DNA of 64,000 nt. It comes from Octopus sinensis. Its lineage: Eukaryota. Positions 59,698 through 64,000 of this stretch are shown here, piece by piece. Positions within the stretch are counted from its first letter, which is position 1, and each line of letters opens with the position of its first letter. Made by a program: the position numbers and the translations under genes. The stretch covers positions 16,430,001-16,494,000 of the forward strand of contig NC_043015.1 in the NCBI RefSeq assembly GCF_006345805.1, given 5' to 3'. The notes under the pieces are model-generated. The model saw nothing but the letters and a program-made list of their open reading frames with translations, had not been told where the DNA came from and ran no database searches.

Positions 59698-60547
59698 AAG
59701 ATGCATTCCAGAAATTTTGAGGCTTTTTTTTAGAAGAGGCAGTTATAGCTGTCCTACATTACTGTAATTTTAGTATATCATTACAATACATATAATAAGC
59801 TGATCTACCAATTTTTACTAGTCTAGATTGAAGGAGGTGGCTGTAACAGCACTTTGAATACACCCTACTTGTTACAGCTGACTAGGTTTCTAATTTGCAG
59901 AATGCAGTCTGTATGTGAAGACAATTTGGAAGCTTACTATGCAAGTTTTGTTAAAGTGAGCAAAAATGCTACAGAAACTCATGAAATGCCCCAGACAGCT
60001 AATGGATTAACTTGCATAAGTCAAGCATTTGTTTTTTGCTGACACAAGCCAGGCAAAACAAGTCCACTGGGAAGCTCATGGTGATCCCCCTTTTCAAAAG
60101 CAAGTGCACTATCTACATTCACTGGGGTTCCTTCTGGCCAATAAAGAGTACTTTATAGAAGTTTTGAGGGAGTTCAGGAAGAGATTTCATTGCAAAAGAC
60201 CAGAGCACATGCACCAGGACAATGCACCAGTCTGCAATTCCATCCAGATAATTGACCAAATACTTATAGAAATGGGCATCTTACTCTCCCTACAGTCCAT
60301 ACCTTACTCACTGTGACTTCTGGTTGCTCCTCAGGCTGAGGTAGAAGATGAAGAAGGATGTAACAAGAGTCTAGAATATTTTTCCTTTGGAGGGTTTCCA
60401 TGGGGCTTTGATAGGGTGGCTGGAGCACTGCAAATGTACTGAAGTCAAGGGATCCTTTGTTGAAGAAGATTAGAGTTTTGTGTGTCTTTGAAATTAATAA
60501 ACATCTCTCCTGAAAAGATCTCAAAACTTCTGGGATGCAATTTGCAT
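59695..60547 (+). mobile_element. Internally deleted mariner
   Basis: Degenerate TIRs (tgcat(t/c)ccagaa(a/g)ttttgag); SKNATETHEM and HQDNAP remnants. Confidence 0.72.
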
Positions 60548-60560
60548 ATGTATATATGTA

Positions 60561-60722
60561 TTCTTTTACTTGTTTCAGTCATTTGTCTGCAGCCATGCTG
60601 GAGTACTGCTTTAAAGGTTTTTAGTCAATGAAATCAACCCCAGGACTTATTGTTTGTAAGACTAGTACTTAATCTGTTGCTCAAGTGATAGCAGGGGGAC
60701 AAAAACACACACACACACACAT

Positions 60723-60766
<44 letters not shown>

Positions 60767-60924
60767 CAGGTGTCTTTCAGCTTCCATCAACCAAATCCAC
60801 TCACAGGGCTTTGGGCAGCCCAACGCTATAGTAGAAGACACTTGCCCAAGGTGCCACAGTGGGACTGAACCCAGAACCATGTGGTTGGGAAACAAGCTTC
60901 TTACCACACAGCCACACCTGCACC
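60561..60924 (-). mobile_element. tRNA-derived SINE family S1, well preserved
   Basis: Minus strand: tggctgtgtggtaagaagc..ggttcagtcccactgtggcaccttgggcaagtgtcttc. Confidence 0.85.
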
Positions 60925-61047
60925 TATGTATATGTTGGTGTGTGTTGCTACTGCCTTGCCTTGACTTTGTTTCCAATCTTCTGTGAAAACATTACTGGTC
61001 ATGGGGTATATTACCTTACATGGTAACAGGTGAGGATTGGTGAAGGA

Positions 61048-61127
61048 AGGGCATCTGGTTGTAGAAAATCCATCTCAACAAATTCCATCCAACCCATGCA
61101 AGCATGGAAAAGTTAAATAATGATAAT

Positions 61128-61177
<50 letters not shown>

Positions 61178-61379
61178 ATGCATGTGTGTGTGTGTACACA
61201 AATCAATTTAATCAGTTCTATTACCTCCTACTTGTCCATTACCTACAAATTTGGCTATGTTACTAGATAAAAAAGGCCTTGTATGTGTGTATGTGTGAAG
61301 GCACATGGCCTTCTTTTGCCCTTTTTTATTACCCTATGCATATATGTATGTACGTTTGTATATATGTTTGATTATATAC
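61048..61379 (+). repeat. Direct duplication, copy 2
   Basis: See 59417-59697. Confidence 0.92.
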
Positions 61380-62214
61380 ATGAATGTACAAATGTTTGAA
61401 GCCATCTCCTTCTAGAATGAAAGAGCTAGTTTTTAAACAAAGAAACAAAAAGTCTGTCATTGGAATTTGGATATCACTGATAATTGTTACATATCAAACA
61501 TTAAGAATTTCTTGTATATTTTTACAGTTCTACTTACAGAATGTATCTGTAAAGTTTGTGTTTGCCAGTCTCTTTCCTTGCTTGAACATCCTAGCTTCTA
61601 CAGATTGAGGCTTAGACATTTACTAACATAATTGAAGTGCACCAATGATTATTGATATGAATATATATTTATAATCAGCGTAGAGGAGTTACAGGTTTCA
61701 AAGCAGTTGTCTATAGATATTCTCTTTCTTGTTTCAAATAACTCTACTAGGCCTATTATGTTTGCATGTAGTAGAAATTTTGATGAGAATATTCCTTGTG
61801 TTGCTATGTATTCTATAGCAACGGTGTTGTTTATATTTGCCCCAGGGCAGTCTTTTCTGTGGATGACTGTGTATTGTTTTAACATGATGTTTCAAAGGGA
61901 GCTGAAGCCTTGGTGACATTTTCCATCCCTATATCAGCAGAAAATGTAATTAAATTCAGCTGTTTCTTAGTGTTGTATTTCAGACATAGACCTTTAGATT
62001 ACCCACAAAAACTTTTTGGTTAATATAAATGACTTGCTGTTGCTGAGCCTAGAATATGGCCTCTGAATTTTCATTGAGGAAATGCCAGTGGATTTAGGGC
62101 CAAAGTAAAACAGATGTGCAGACAGACTCTCACCTTGAAAAACTGAACATCAGTTCAGAAAAAATGCAAGGTTTTATGAGCCTTTCAACAGCAGCAGCTA
62201 ATGCAGCAAGTGCA

Positions 62215-62326
62215 TTTGCCAGTGAGTTCAGTTGCCATGAGTGTGAACGGTTATCAAATACCTTTCTATATTCAAGCCATACTATCACAAGGTTCCTGCA
62301 GTGTTTTCTTACTTTAGACATTACAG
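62215..62326 (-). mobile_element. R4/Dong-like RT fragment
   Basis: Near-identical to 28770-28881. Confidence 0.6.
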
Positions 62327-63489
62327 AATAGTAAAGTGTGTGTGTGTGTGTGGGTGAATGTATGGATGGATAGATGGATGGTTGTATGTATGCATATGTG
62401 TATATGTGTGTGTATGTATGCATGTATGGATGGATGGATGTGTGTGTGTGCATGTATGTGTGTATTTACTTCCACACAAACCCCCTTAATTTAATTTGTC
62501 CTTAGTCGAAAGACACCTGTTGTTATGTCCTGTTATTTGTATTTGTGTAACCTTCTCCATTTTTTTTCATATACATTCGCTGCTTTCTTCCAAGGAATCT
62601 GATGCTCTTAGCTTAGTTTTTCCTTGGGTCTGGCCAGACTGGAGCAATCTCAAGTATAACCAGCCAAAATTGCAAAGATAATCTGGAACTCGACTGAGGA
62701 AAGAAAACTCTGAATGACCCATCCTTGTTTTCTTTGTATTGTCTGTCTGGATGTTTTGTTGTCCCTTTCTTGTATCACCTAACTGTCTGGATGTTTTGTG
62801 TTCTTGTCCCATTTTGTATTTTTCATATATATGTGTATTTATATGTATGAGTGTTTGTATGTGTCCAAGCATTCATATGAATGTATGTACATCTACAGGT
62901 ATGTATGTATGCATACAGGTATGTATTTTATTCTTTCATTCTTTTATCGGTTTCAGCTCAAAGCTGCAGCCATGCTGGGGCACTGCCATTATTCGATGAA
63001 ATAAATCTAATAAAAGCATGCCAGTTTAAAATATACATACATGTTTTATTGGAGATGTGTTAAGCATGAACTGTATAACAAGATATAAGAAGTTGCTGAT
63101 TGCCTGAAAGCTGAGATGTAGAACAATGAAAATTTGAAATGAGAGAATTTACAATAATCTAAGAGAATTTGGAGTAGGTGGAGAGAAAGAAAAGACTAAA
63201 GAACAAAAATATTTGAGTTGCATTTTTCATAGTTCTTGGTACTAAAAATAATAGCTAATCTAAATTGAATAATTTCCAAAAATTTTTGTTTTACAACAGA
63301 AATTACAACCTAATTATTAATTAAATTTCATTTAATTTGGAGAGATATTACTTATTTTAACTAGTCACATGGCCTGATCAAGATAAAATTAATTAAATCA
63401 ATCTCAATGATACATAAAAGTTTAACAAAGTCAAGTAATTTCCATCATGAGTTATTCAGTAACATACTAAACTATATGAAACAATAAAA

Positions 63490-63950
63490 TAAAGTACCAG
63501 TCAAGTACTGGAGTTGATGGTATCAACTAACCCTCTCCTCTCAAACATTTTATCAACCTTTCAGGGTTGACAAAATAAGTACTAGTTAAGCACTGGGGGG
63601 GATTTAGTCAATAAACCCACCAAATTTCAGGCTTTGTGCCTATAGTAGAAAGGATAATAATAATAATAATAATAATGATGATGATAATAATAATAATAAT
63701 AATAAGAAGAAGAAGAAGAAGAAGAAGAAGAATGATGATAATTATTATTATAATCATTAGCATGCTGGGCAAAATGCTTAGCAGCTTTCTTTACATTCTG
63801 AGATCAAATTCCACTGAGGTTGACTTTGCCTTTCATACTTTCGGAGTTGATAAAATAAGTACCAGCTGAGCGCTGGGGTTGATGTAACTGACTCACCCAC
63901 TACCTAAATTGCTGGCCTTGTGCAAAAATTTGTAAAAATTTATTATTATT
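63490..63950 (+). mobile_element. Two S2 SINE pieces separated by an (AAT)/(GAT)/(AGA) microsatellite
   Basis: Match to 56004-56206; triplet repeats at 63654-63760. Confidence 0.75.
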
Positions 63951-64000
63951 ATTACTATTGCTGGTGGTGGTGGTAGTAGTAGTAGTAGTGTTTTTGTTGT

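Noticed and set aside
62480-62830. Repeat-like block with CTGAGGA..CTGAA and a short internal duplication
   Set aside because: Lacks GAAA and stem I, and cannot be classified from sequence alone

Overview
AT-rich, repeat-dense animal genomic DNA, most likely an octopus. That is inferred from two mitochondrial insertions with cephalopod-like sequence and gene order and from the SINE/LINE complement. The first 30 kb hold the last seven coding exons of a divergent CDC20/fizzy-family APC/C activator (+ strand, 1125-30109, WD40 propeller, C-terminal IR tail); its 5' exons lie upstream of the window. A probable terminal exon of an unidentified convergent gene sits on the - strand at 34366-34450. 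The rest is mostly mobile DNA: RTE LINEs (one near full length, with a PHD finger in ORF2), mariner, Tigger/pogo, hAT and Helitron elements, MITEs, R4/Dong-like fragments, tRNA-derived SINEs and microsatellites. Two features are missed by the ORF track. (1) Type I hammerhead ribozyme motifs of four unrelated sequence families, in Penelope-like pseudo-LTR units; two copies with a complete catalytic core lie in an ~830-bp fold-back inside a CDC20 intron. (2) Two decayed NUMTs (nad6-cob and rrnL-trnL-trnL-nad1) inside the same gene. Coordinates were counted by hand, and boundaries of decayed repeats are approximate.
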